Assembly: GCA_011192015.1 (NCBI GenBank)
Contig: DUET01000025.1
Location: forward strand, 18,539 to 82,538
DNA length: 64,000 nt
Reading direction: 5' to 3'
Origin: Anaerolineae bacterium
GTDB lineage: Bacteria > Chloroflexota > Anaerolineae > Anaerolineales > E44-bin32
Position numbers and translations under genes: made by a program. This document shows positions 17,600 through 26,861 of the stretch, one piece after another. Numbering within the stretch: position 1 is the stretch's first letter; each line of letters starts with the position of its first letter. Below the pieces are notes generated by a model that was given only the letters and a program-made list of their open reading frames with translations, had not been told where the DNA came from and ran no database searches.

Positions 17600-20500
17600 T
17601 CAAACGCGCTTGAGACCTCGCTGATAGGCTTTCATGGCTTCGGGCAACCGGTCGGCTTTCATGTGGGCATCCCCCAACACTTTCCAGAAGCTTGAGGCGT
17701 CGGGATGCAATTCCAAAGCCTTTTGTAAACTCTCGATAACCTTGGGTACAAGATACCTGCCCTTGACCAGCATGCCATAAACCTGTGTTGCGGTTTGGAT
17801 ATCACCGGCTCTAGCCGCCGACCATGCGCTCTGGAGTAGAGAAGCCGCATCTTGTTCGGTGAGTTTCGAACCAGATACATGTTTGGGAGGAATGGTTGGT
17901 TGTTCGGGTGTGCTAGGTTCAGCCTCGAAAGGTGTCTTGGTTATGATCACCTCGGCTTCACTGACAGCCTCGGCTTCACTGACAGCCTCGGCTTCAACGG
18001 GTTCCAACTCGCTGGGGATCTCCGCTTCCCTGGAAGCTTCTGCGAGGATCGGTTCTGCATCGACCGGGGTTTCGGCTTCGACGGGTTCCAACTCGTCGGG
18101 GATCTCTGCTTCTGTGGGAACTTCTGCGGCGATCGGCTCTGCATCGACCGGGGCTGCAACTTCGATGGATTCCCTTTCGCCGGGAATCTCCGCTTCGCCG
18201 CGTGCCTCTGTGATTGACGGCTCTGCCTCCGCAGTGGGTTCAGGTGTGAGGGATTCGAATTCGGTGGAGGACGGAATCTCACCAGGTGCTTCAGCTGAAA
18301 GCGGTTCTGAGACCTCATCCTCGCGGGCGATCTCGCTGGTACGAAATTCATCCTCACTGAGGATCCCGGTTGGCTCTGTAAGTCTTTCAACTTCCCTGAA
18401 GAGTTTCTGTGTGATTGTCTCGTCCTCATCGTCGGTTTCCATAGAAGGCAAGGCTTCAGACATCTCATGCAACCACGTAGGAACCTCAGGGAAATCATCC
18501 AGGTGATCTTCGGGCAGCGCTGCTTCGGAGATCGCTTCCGCGAGATGACGCAGCCGATCAATACTTTCTTGATCTGGTTCCTCGGACTCAAGTGCTTCCC
18601 TGTCATCAGGAAGCGGCCCCAGCGGACGAGTAACCTTGGAAGGATCGAATTCCTCCTGCCAGCCATGGAGGTCTGGTGAATCCGGCAGCGCTTCCGTACC
18701 AGGGATTAGATCCTCAATCCCATAATCTGGGATCTCTTCATCATCGGGAAGCGGTCCCAGCGGACGAGTAACCTTGGAAGGATCGAATTCCGGTTGCCAT
18801 CCAACCAATTCCTGCGCTTCGGCAGGAGCTTCAGTTTCGGGGGCTTCGGAGGAAATTGATTGGACCCAAGAAGGTGGTTCAATTGTGGGGAGAGGTTTCT
18901 CCTCTTCATCACCAGTTTCAAGATCGAAATCAGCTTCTTGGGGGATCTCTTGGATCAACGTTTCCTCATCGAATTCCTCAGAGATTTCACGAAGCCAAGT
19001 CGGCGGTTCTTCAGGGACGAAGGTGGATTCATCCTCCACCTCAGATGGCATCTCTTCTGCACTGATCTCTCTCAAGCGATCGAGACTCTTATCATCTTCT
19101 TCCTTCTTTTCCAATGCAGCAGCTTCTGCGAAGCCATCAAGCCAGGAGATATCTTCTTGCTTCTGTGGAAGCATTTCAGAATCAGGTGTTTCACTGTCGG
19201 GTACTTCTGATTCGGCGGTTTCTTCTTGGGTCGCTCTTTCCCCCAACCAACCGATGATTGTTTCCGATGCGCCAGGTTCAGGCCCGTCAAGCCAGCTTGG
19301 AAGCTCCTGGACTTGACGTTCCGCGGTCTCGGAATCCAGGATGACTTCTTCAGGCTCCTCTTCCTCGATAGGGGCATCTGTTTCATCTTCTGCAAATTGA
19401 GATTGGACAGATTCCAGGCTGCTGTCGCGCATTTCATCGGTCACACCCCTCAACCAGCCGGGCAAGCTGCCTGTTCTAGAGGGTTGTTCCCCATCCTGCG
19501 CACCAGCTTCTCCCATTCTCGCCTCAGGGGGAGCCATGTCCCGCAACCATTCCGGAATCTCTGCAGGTTTGATTTCGTCCTCTTCAAGCACACCGTGTTC
19601 GAGGTCTTCCAGTTCTTCGTCTGTAAAGGAAAGTCGTTCCTCCCTGATCTCACCTTCGGCTTCATCCCAACCGATATCCCGCATCCAGTCGGGGATCGTG
19701 GTGTCATCTTGAGGCACATCCTGAGTAAACGGGTCGGTTTTGATCCGTTCGGCCTCATCGGATTCAGGGATGTCGGAGTTTGATACGAAATCCTGCCACG
19801 AAGAAGCGTCTTCTTCCGGCTCCTCATCCGTGGCCAGTTCCTCGCCGAGTGAAGATGTCCAATCCGGTTTCTTGTGCAAGAAATCCGATATATCTTGCCC
19901 TGGAATATATTCCAATTTCTCGATCGTGATGCTCTCGGCATCCACACGGGCAACATCATCCATGGCTGATTCGATGAAAGCGGTGTAAGGATCCAGCGCC
20001 GCCACACGGCGTAAGTACACTGCGCCGTCTTCCGATTTTTGATCGCTTTGCATCACAGCTGCCATGATGCGGTTGGCTACTAGGCAATGGGGAAGATCTG
20101 TGAGGATCTTGTTGCAGATATCCGCGGCTTTGCGAGGCTCGTTGGTGAGCCAGTACATCTCCGCCAACAGGACTTGCAAATCGGGGCGGTTGGGATCCTC
20201 CTGTAGTGCGGCGTTCAATTCAGCAATTGCCTGTGGATAGAGATCGCCGTTGGCGTACATATGCGCGAGCGCTCCCCGAGTCAGGCGGATTTTCAGGGGT
20301 TCGATCGAATCACGAATGCCAAACAGGCGCTTCAATTCCTGCTGGATGACTTGATTGGCAGGATTGGTTTCGAAGGCGCGTTCCATGTGCCATATGGCCG
20401 AGTCCAAATTACCGTCATCCTCTCGGATGACAGACATGGCAACATGAGCCACATAGTCCCTCGGCTCGGCAGAAAGTACCCGTTGGAAGATGTCGGAAGC

Positions 20501-20674
20501 GTCGCCGTAGCGCTTAGCTTCCAAGTAGGCTTTGCCTAACAGTCGGTAGAAATCGATATCTTTGGGATAGATCTGGAGTACGTGGCGGCAATGAGCAATT
20601 GCCTCATCCAGCCGGTCGAGCTCAATGAGGGATTCGATCTCTTTTGCATACGATCGCAATGCAATTTCTGCCAT
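17600..20674 (-). CDS. Very large TPR - acidic repeat region - TPR protein
   Basis: About 1024 aa. The N-terminal ~240 aa and the C-terminal ~110 aa are TPR-like. The roughly 650-aa centre is very rich in D/E/P, with repeated P-x-W-L motifs and internal tandem repeats. Confidence 0.85.
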   Translation of the reverse strand: MAEIALRSYAKEIESLIELDRLDEAIAHCRHVLQIYPKDIDFYRLLGKAYLEAKRYGDASDIFQRVLSAEPRDYVAHVAMSVIREDDGNLDSAIWHMERAFETNPANQVIQQELKRLFGIRDSIEPLKIRLTRGALAHMYANGDLYPQAIAELNAALQEDPNRPDLQVLLAEMYWLTNEPRKAADICNKILTDLPHCLVANRIMAAVMQSDQKSEDGAVYLRRVAALDPYTAFIESAMDDVARVDAESITIEKLEYIPGQDISDFLHKKPDWTSSLGEELATDEEPEEDASSWQDFVSNSDIPESDEAERIKTDPFTQDVPQDDTTIPDWMRDIGWDEAEGEIREERLSFTDEELEDLEHGVLEEDEIKPAEIPEWLRDMAPPEARMGEAGAQDGEQPSRTGSLPGWLRGVTDEMRDSSLESVQSQFAEDETDAPIEEEEPEEVILDSETAERQVQELPSWLDGPEPGASETIIGWLGERATQEETAESEVPDSETPDSEMLPQKQEDISWLDGFAEAAALEKKEEDDKSLDRLREISAEEMPSEVEDESTFVPEEPPTWLREISEEFDEETLIQEIPQEADFDLETGDEEEKPLPTIEPPSWVQSISSEAPETEAPAEAQELVGWQPEFDPSKVTRPLGPLPDDEEIPDYGIEDLIPGTEALPDSPDLHGWQEEFDPSKVTRPLGPLPDDREALESEEPDQESIDRLRHLAEAISEAALPEDHLDDFPEVPTWLHEMSEALPSMETDDEDETITQKLFREVERLTEPTGILSEDEFRTSEIAREDEVSEPLSAEAPGEIPSSTEFESLTPEPTAEAEPSITEARGEAEIPGERESIEVAAPVDAEPIAAEVPTEAEIPDELEPVEAETPVDAEPILAEASREAEIPSELEPVEAEAVSEAEAVSEAEVIITKTPFEAEPSTPEQPTIPPKHVSGSKLTEQDAASLLQSAWSAARAGDIQTATQVYGMLVKGRYLVPKVIESLQKALELHPDASSFWKVLGDAHMKADRLPEAMKAYQRGLKRV
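17950..18248 (-). repeat. In-frame tandem DNA repeats inside the TPR-acidic gene
   Basis: An 18-nt unit CCTCGGCTTCACTGACAG occurs about 2.6 times (17950-17996). An 84-nt unit occurs 3 times with decay (17997, 18081, 18165), encoding EAEIP(D/S)ELEPVEAE...-type 28-aa repeats. Confidence 0.85.
18603..18802 (-). repeat. Two near-identical ~62-nt segments spaced 138 nt apart inside the same gene
   Basis: 18603-18664 and 18741-18802 encode GWQ(P/E)EFDPSKVTRPLGPLPDD(E/R)E twice, 46 aa apart. Confidence 0.85.
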
Positions 20675-20828
20675 ACACAATCCCTATTAGGAGTATGCCG
20701 TAGATGACAGGATTGCGCAAGAGTATTTCGGTTCGATCAAAATTACGTCCATGCAGGCATGATTAATCATGGGATTCGGTGTTGGTTATGGTAAGTTTCG
20801 ACGCTACCGGATAGGGCTACCGCACTTG

Positions 20829-21869
20829 CTAGCGCATATTATGGAGGGATAGGACTGTATCAATCAGGGCATCCGTGTCAGGTTCTGGATAGGGCGCTGA
20901 GCCCATCGGATCGCTTGGAAGAGTGGCGAGTCGCAATCCCTGGATGATGGCCATCGCACTGTAGACGATGGCTTTCGGATCATATCCTCCCTCCAAGACC
21001 ACAAACACCTTCCCTGGGCAATGTTCTTGCACGATCTGTGCCAACATGGTAGCTATCTGGTAGTAGCCAGCACTCGTGAGCTGCAATCCGGCAAGGGGAT
21101 CGCGCCAATGCGCATCGAATCCCGCTGAAACCAGCATCACATCCGGAGAGAAGCGATTCGCCAGCGGATGGACCACACGCCGCAAGACGTTTTCAAAGAC
21201 CTCATCCCCTGCACGCGCAGGCAGGGGTATATTGACCACGCTGTTCTCCCCTTCTTCTGTCCCTGTGTCGTGCAGCATACCGGTTCCGGGATAGATTCCG
21301 GATTGATGTGTAGATAGGTAGAGGATATCCGGATCGTTCTCGAGAATTTCCTGGGTCCCATTTCCATGATGCACATCGATGTCCACGATCATCACACGCT
21401 GGAAACCTCGCTCTTGGGCATGCCGGGCAGCGATGGCGATATTGTTGAGCAGACAGAATCCCATAGCCCTTGTCGCCGTGGCGTGGTGACCTGGAGGTCT
21501 GACGAGGGCGAAGCCTCCCTGCGCTTGCCCAAGCAGGACCGCATCAAGTACGTTCAACGTGCCGCCAGCGGATAGAAAGGCCGCCTCATAGGACGCCGGC
21601 GTGACATAAGTGGGGGCGTAATCGACATAGGCCGGTCCTTTCCCCACGACTTCCTGCAATGCTTCCAGGTAACTGGGATGGTGCACGCTGCTGACGACAT
21701 CCATCGAGGCCGGAGAGCTTTGAACCTCCAGCAAGTGCTGTTCCCCGGCCAGTTTCTCCAATAAATCGAAATGCTGGAAGCGGCCAGCATTCTCGGGATG
21801 ACCGGCATAGTCATGTTCGGGAGATGGGACGATGGTATAAGCGAAGTTCGGTTCCTTTGAAACTGACAT
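20829..21869 (-). CDS. Zn-dependent histone deacetylase-family enzyme (acetoin utilisation / acetylpolyamine amidohydrolase-like)
   Basis: RPPGHHA, DIDVHHGNGTQ, and EGGY motifs. Confidence 0.85.
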   Translation of the reverse strand: MSVSKEPNFAYTIVPSPEHDYAGHPENAGRFQHFDLLEKLAGEQHLLEVQSSPASMDVVSSVHHPSYLEALQEVVGKGPAYVDYAPTYVTPASYEAAFLSAGGTLNVLDAVLLGQAQGGFALVRPPGHHATATRAMGFCLLNNIAIAARHAQERGFQRVMIVDIDVHHGNGTQEILENDPDILYLSTHQSGIYPGTGMLHDTGTEEGENSVVNIPLPARAGDEVFENVLRRVVHPLANRFSPDVMLVSAGFDAHWRDPLAGLQLTSAGYYQIATMLAQIVQEHCPGKVFVVLEGGYDPKAIVYSAMAIIQGLRLATLPSDPMGSAPYPEPDTDALIDTVLSLHNMR

Positions 21870-22176
21870 AGGAAATCACCATTCTGCTCTTGGAAAGCCG
21901 CGTTTATTTCGCGAGCGCGTTGTTCGTTCTGAGGCATGATCTATCGGCCTCGGGAGTCGTCGCCGCCTAATCAACTTCGGCATCGGAATCAAGCCCATCG
22001 ACTCCGCGATTCCTTGGCGGATCAGGCTCGACGAATTACACCATTCTTCCATTGAATATAACGGCTGTGATTACACTTGCCAAGGCCCTCAGACGCAGCA
22101 TGGGATCACGCGGAATATGGTTTAGGTTTGGATGTGCTGGGGTTGCGCGCGTTGCTGAGGAGGGGGATGGTTGGAA

Positions 22177-22959
22177 TCAGTGATTGGGCTCCCATTCCAA
22201 TTTCTTGATCTCAATGCTCTCTTCATCCACAAGAGCGGCATCATCCATGGGGGATTCGATGAACGTGGTGTAGGGATCCAGAGCCGCTAGACGGCGCAGA
22301 TATACCGTACTGGCATTGGAATTCCCGTTGGTTTTATTCACTGCAGCCATGATGCGGTTGGCTGTCATACAGTGAGGAAGCGTTTCGAGGATTTCCGTGC
22401 ATACCTCGGCTGCTCTGGTGATATCTTTGGTAAGCCAATACATTTCCGCCAGCAGGACTTGAAGGTCGGGTCGATTGGGGTCTTCCTGCAATGCAGCATG
22501 TAGTTCTGCTATCGCCTGTGTGTAGAGATCCCCGCTGGCGTACATATGCGCAAGAGCGCCCCGCGTCAGACGGATTTTCAGAGGCTCAAACTCATCGCGG
22601 ATGCCGATCAGGCGTTTTAATTCCTTCTGGATCACCTGGTTGGATGGATTGGTTTCGAAGGCACGCTCCATGTGCCATATGGCCGTGTCGATATTGCCTT
22701 CATCCTCACGGATGACAGACATGGCGACATGTGCCAAGTAGTCTGTGGGTTCCGCAGAAAGCACCCGCTGGAAGATGTCGGAAGCTTCACCGAAGCGTTT
22801 GGCTTCCAAGTAGGCTTTGCCCAACAACCGGTAGGAATCGACATATTTGGGATAAATCTGAAGGATGTGGCGGCAATGGGCGATAGCCTCATCCAGCCGC
22901 TCAAGCTCGATGAGGACTTCGATCCCCTTCGCGTATGATCGCAACGTGATCACGTCCAT
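22177..22959 (-). CDS. Short TPR protein, truncated paralogue of the N-terminal module of 17600-20674
   Basis: About 260 aa. It aligns by eye along its whole length with the first ~260 aa of the large protein, and most positions are identical. Confidence 0.8.
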   Translation of the reverse strand: MDVITLRSYAKGIEVLIELERLDEAIAHCRHILQIYPKYVDSYRLLGKAYLEAKRFGEASDIFQRVLSAEPTDYLAHVAMSVIREDEGNIDTAIWHMERAFETNPSNQVIQKELKRLIGIRDEFEPLKIRLTRGALAHMYASGDLYTQAIAELHAALQEDPNRPDLQVLLAEMYWLTKDITRAAEVCTEILETLPHCMTANRIMAAVNKTNGNSNASTVYLRRLAALDPYTTFIESPMDDAALVDEESIEIKKLEWEPNH

Positions 22960-23248
22960 ACACAATCTCAATTCCGAGTATGCCGCAGTTGATGGGCCAG
23001 TTCAATAGCAATTGGGTTTGATTTATATTATGTCAAGTAAATTTATGGAAGTGAGTACAAAAGAGCGTTCAAGGTACTCGAAATGCTCATTTCGACCGTC
23101 TGCGCAGGGAGAAAACTCCCACGATGGTTTCGGTGGAAGCAGGGAGAATTACATCGGGATGGGCATTCTTTTCAGCTGCCGATTGCATAGGTAACCTACG
23201 GACAATCGCTTCGCTTGCGCCATCTCTGGACGAATCTTCCGGAATGAG

Positions 23249-23274
23249 CAGAGCCTGGCAGTCGCCAGGCTCTG
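23249..23274 (-). terminator. Hairpin downstream of hppA
   Basis: 11-bp GC-rich stem (CAGAGCCTGGC / GCCAGGCTCTG) with a 4-nt loop, about 25 nt after the stop. No U-tract. Confidence 0.45.
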
Positions 23275-23299
23275 GATACTGCTACAGGATGGAAACGAG

Positions 23300-25645
23300 T
23301 TATTCGTTGGTTTCCTGCTCCTTGGGTAGGATCGAGGGTGTGGGTTGCTTGCTTCGCCATATGGACCATACCAAACCTGCGACAAGCACAATCACGATGG
23401 CCCATCCGCCCACACCGAGTTTCTCGTATTGGACGATAATCGGGGCGATGATCACCGAGACCAGGTTGACCACCTTGATCATCGGATTCAGGGCTGGTCC
23501 GGCGGTGTCCTTCATCGGATCACCGACCGTATCCCCGACCACCCCCGCAACGTGTCGTTCAGAACCCTTGCCCAGGTTCTTGGCAGGATCGGAAGGCTCA
23601 TCCTCGATTAGCTTCTTGGCGTTATCCCATGCGCCGCCGGCGTTGTTCATGAAGACGGCCAGCAATTGCCCAGACAGGATAATGCCCGCCAGGAAACCAC
23701 CGAGCGCTTCCACCTTGAGCAACATGCCCACCAGGATCGGAACCAGCACGCCTAGCAGCGCCAGGGGGACGAGCTCCTTCTGCGCTGCCTGTGTCGAGAT
23801 GGTGACAGCCCGGGTGTAGTCTGGTTGAGCCTTGCCCTCCAACACGCCGAGTTTGAATTGCCGTCGAACCTCCTCGATGATCAATGCCGATGCGCGGCTT
23901 ACGGCATTGATGGCAAAGGAGGAGAAGAGCCAGGGCAGGGCGCCGCCGATGAGCATGCCCACGAACACCTGCGGTATGTCCACGCGAATGCCTACGGATT
24001 GAATGCGTAGAGCCTCGTCGATTCCTAGAAGCGCCTGGGCGCGGGTGACATCCACCAGGTAGGAGCCGAAGAGGGCTACAGCGGCAATGACCGCCGATCC
24101 AATCGCCACGCCTTTCGTGATGGCTTTGGTGGTGTTGCCCACGGCATCCAGATCGGCCATGATCTTGCGGGCTTGCACGCTCTCCTCATCGGTGTCCTCG
24201 TGCCATGCCATCTCGCCGATGCCGTTGGCGTTGTCGGCAATCGGACCAAAGGAATCCATGGCGACGTTGTTGCCGGTGAGCGTGAGCATGCCGATGCCGG
24301 TCATGGCGACGCCGTAGAGCGTGAAAGTGATCTGCTCCGCGGCGCTGAGACCGGGGGTCGTTCCAAAGATCAGGATCGAGGCCACAATGGTGATGGCGAT
24401 CACGATGATCGACCACACGCTGGACTCATAACCAGCCGCGATGCCCGAGAGAATCGTGGTCGCTGGTCCGGTATCTGCAGCCTTCTTGATCTCCTGCACG
24501 GGAGCGCTGTGGCTTCCGGTGAAGTATTCGGTCAACCGGTCGATGAAGATGGCCAGCAGCACACCGACCGTGGTTGTCGCAAACGGACGCCACCAGCCGC
24601 CGAGAATGTCGGGCATGTAGAAGTAGGCCACCAGACCAAAGAGCACGATCGAGATGGCAGCTGAGGAGAGGAAGCCTCGGAAGATGGCCCGCATGGCGTT
24701 GCCGCTCTTGCCAGAACCGCCTTTGACGGCGTAGGTGCCGATGATCGAGGACAGCACACCGATGCCGCGAACGAGCAGCGGATAGATGATCCAATGCAGA
24801 TCGCCGGTGATGTGCCAGAGAGCCAGCCCCAGGATCAAGCCGGATACAATTGTGACCTCGTAGGATTCGAAGATGTCGGCGGCCATGCCGGCGCAATCGC
24901 CGACATTGTCGCCAACCAGGTCGGCTATCACAGCGGGGTTGCGAGGATCGTCCTCGGGAATTCCGGCTTCGATCTTCCCCACCAGGTCAGCGCCGACATC
25001 GGCAGCCTTCGTGAAGATGCCCCCGCCCACGCGCATGAACAGCGCAAGCAGCGTGCCTCCAAAGCCGAATCCCAGCAGGGCATCCGGAGCGGCGATGCCG
25101 AAGACGATGAAGATGATCGTTCCTCCGGCAAGTCCCAAACCATCGGTGAGCATCCCCGTGATCGTTCCTGCTCGATAGGCGATGCGCAGCGCATCCCCGA
25201 AGGAACGGCGTGCTGCGGAGGCCACGCGTACATTGCCTTGCACGGCCATGCGCATGCCGATCTGGCCGACGATCAAACTGAAGGTTGCGCCCATCACGAA
25301 GGCAATCGCGCGTCCCAATCCGACCTGCAGACGGATGCTGGCTTCGGACTGACCCGCAAAACGGATCATGGCTTCTTCCGTGGGGGGCACGATGTAGACA
25401 GAGAGAAAGAGTGCGACAGTCAGCAGCGCGATCAGGGGCAGGATCGAACGCAATTGACGGCGTAGATAGGCATCCGCGCCGACGCGAATTGCGTTCCAAA
25501 CCTCCTGCATCTTGGACGTGCCTTTGTCCTCGCGAAGGATCTGTGATCGCAAAAAGACCGCGTAGAGCAAGCCCAGGAGCGCGACTCCGAACACGGCCCA
25601 AATGGCGATGGCTTCAAACGTCTCTAAACCTGGCATCAAATACAT
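23300..25645 (-). CDS. hppA: Membrane-bound proton/sodium-translocating pyrophosphatase
   Basis: GGIFTKAADVGADLVGK, DNVGDCAGMAADIFESY, and GDTVGDPMKDTAGPA motifs. AGGAGG lies about 10 nt upstream of the ATG at 25645. Confidence 0.95.
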   Translation of the reverse strand: MYLMPGLETFEAIAIWAVFGVALLGLLYAVFLRSQILREDKGTSKMQEVWNAIRVGADAYLRRQLRSILPLIALLTVALFLSVYIVPPTEEAMIRFAGQSEASIRLQVGLGRAIAFVMGATFSLIVGQIGMRMAVQGNVRVASAARRSFGDALRIAYRAGTITGMLTDGLGLAGGTIIFIVFGIAAPDALLGFGFGGTLLALFMRVGGGIFTKAADVGADLVGKIEAGIPEDDPRNPAVIADLVGDNVGDCAGMAADIFESYEVTIVSGLILGLALWHITGDLHWIIYPLLVRGIGVLSSIIGTYAVKGGSGKSGNAMRAIFRGFLSSAAISIVLFGLVAYFYMPDILGGWWRPFATTTVGVLLAIFIDRLTEYFTGSHSAPVQEIKKAADTGPATTILSGIAAGYESSVWSIIVIAITIVASILIFGTTPGLSAAEQITFTLYGVAMTGIGMLTLTGNNVAMDSFGPIADNANGIGEMAWHEDTDEESVQARKIMADLDAVGNTTKAITKGVAIGSAVIAAVALFGSYLVDVTRAQALLGIDEALRIQSVGIRVDIPQVFVGMLIGGALPWLFSSFAINAVSRASALIIEEVRRQFKLGVLEGKAQPDYTRAVTISTQAAQKELVPLALLGVLVPILVGMLLKVEALGGFLAGIILSGQLLAVFMNNAGGAWDNAKKLIEDEPSDPAKNLGKGSERHVAGVVGDTVGDPMKDTAGPALNPMIKVVNLVSVIIAPIIVQYEKLGVGGWAIVIVLVAGLVWSIWRSKQPTPSILPKEQETNE

Positions 25646-25765
25646 GAATCCGTAATCCTCCTGCTTCGGTGTTGCTCCATTCCATGGAGCGGAGCGATTG
25701 TACTGGTCGCATTTCGTCATGTCAAGCTGGGCGGGATCGGGCGGGATTCAGTGACAGATTGCTTC

Positions 25766-25795
25766 TTGACATTGGGGTGGAGTTTTCTGTATAGT
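25766..25795 (+). promoter_or_regulatory. Near-consensus sigma-70-type promoter for the gldA-like ABC operon
   Basis: TTGACA (25766-25771), an 18-nt spacer, then TATAGT (25790-25795). Confidence 0.55.
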
Positions 25796-25913
25796 GTTCA
25801 CCGTAGTTTTGTTTCGTGTTGTACTTCAACGCGAAGCACATGCAACCTCAATCGCGGTTGGTGTGCTTCTTCTTCATGCTTGGGCAGGATGGACCGAACT
25901 CAAATCGTAAGGA

Positions 25914-26858
25914 ATGCAGATGATACAGGTTGAATCTCTAACCAAACTGTACGGTTCGCATGTCGCCATCCAGGATGTGAGTTTTAAGGCGAAAAAGGGG
26001 GAGATCCTCGGTCTTCTGGGGCCGAATGGAGCCGGAAAAACCACTACCATGCGCATCCTGACAGCCTACATGCCGCCCACAGAAGGATCAGCCAGCATCG
26101 CCGGTTTCGATGTGGTTGCTCAATCACTGGACGTGCGCCGTCGTGTGGGCTACATGCCTGAAACCGTCCCGCTCTACCCGGAGATGTCGGTCGTCGAGTA
26201 TCTCGCCTACATGGGAGCGCTTCGACGTGTTGAGGACATCGATGAGCGCATCGAAACCGTCGTGGAAGAGGTGGGATTGGTGGAGCGTTCCCAGAGTTTC
26301 ATCGGGAACCTATCCAAGGGGCTTCGGCAGCGTGTCGGCTTGGCTCAGGCGCTGCTGCACGAGCCCGATGTGTTGATCCTGGATGAACCAACCATCGGGT
26401 TGGACCCAGCCCAGATCATCGAAGTCCGCAAGCTCATCCAGGAACTCGGACGCAAACGGACCGTGGTGCTGTCCACCCACATCCTGCCCGAGGCGCAGCA
26501 GGTTTGCGATCGGGTTCTGATCCTCAACAAGGGCAGAATCGTCGCAAAAGGCACGCCGGCGGATTTACAGAAACAACTCGAAGGTGTCGATCGATTTGTC
26601 GTGCAGGCCGGTTGTAAGAGTTCGAAGTTGCTCAAGCTTTTCAAGGACATACCAGGGGTGAGTGAGGTTCAGAAGGGGCTGCAGGAAGGCATGATTGAGG
26701 TCTCCAGTGAAGGAGGCCAGGATTTACGGCCGCTGTTCGCTCGGCGCGTTGTGGAAGCCGGGATCGATCTCTTGGAGATCCGTTCCACCGGATTGGATCT
26801 GGAGAAGATCTTCGTGAAGCTTACGAAAGATGATATTCAAACTGGGGAGGAGCAGTAG
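25914..26858 (+). CDS. ABC transporter ATP-binding protein (GldA-like)
   Basis: Walker A GPNGAGKTT, LSKGLRQR signature, ILDEPT Walker B. Confidence 0.9.
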   Translation: MQMIQVESLTKLYGSHVAIQDVSFKAKKGEILGLLGPNGAGKTTTMRILTAYMPPTEGSASIAGFDVVAQSLDVRRRVGYMPETVPLYPEMSVVEYLAYMGALRRVEDIDERIETVVEEVGLVERSQSFIGNLSKGLRQRVGLAQALLHEPDVLILDEPTIGLDPAQIIEVRKLIQELGRKRTVVLSTHILPEAQQVCDRVLILNKGRIVAKGTPADLQKQLEGVDRFVVQAGCKSSKLLKLFKDIPGVSEVQKGLQEGMIEVSSEGGQDLRPLFARRVVEAGIDLLEIRSTGLDLEKIFVKLTKDDIQTGEEQ

Positions 26859-26861
26859 CCG

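Noticed and set aside
17940-18250. Short direct repeats that could superficially resemble a CRISPR array
   Set aside because: The repeats are contiguous with no unique spacers, have periods of 18 and 84 nt, and lie in frame inside a long coding sequence. They are protein-coding tandem repeats.
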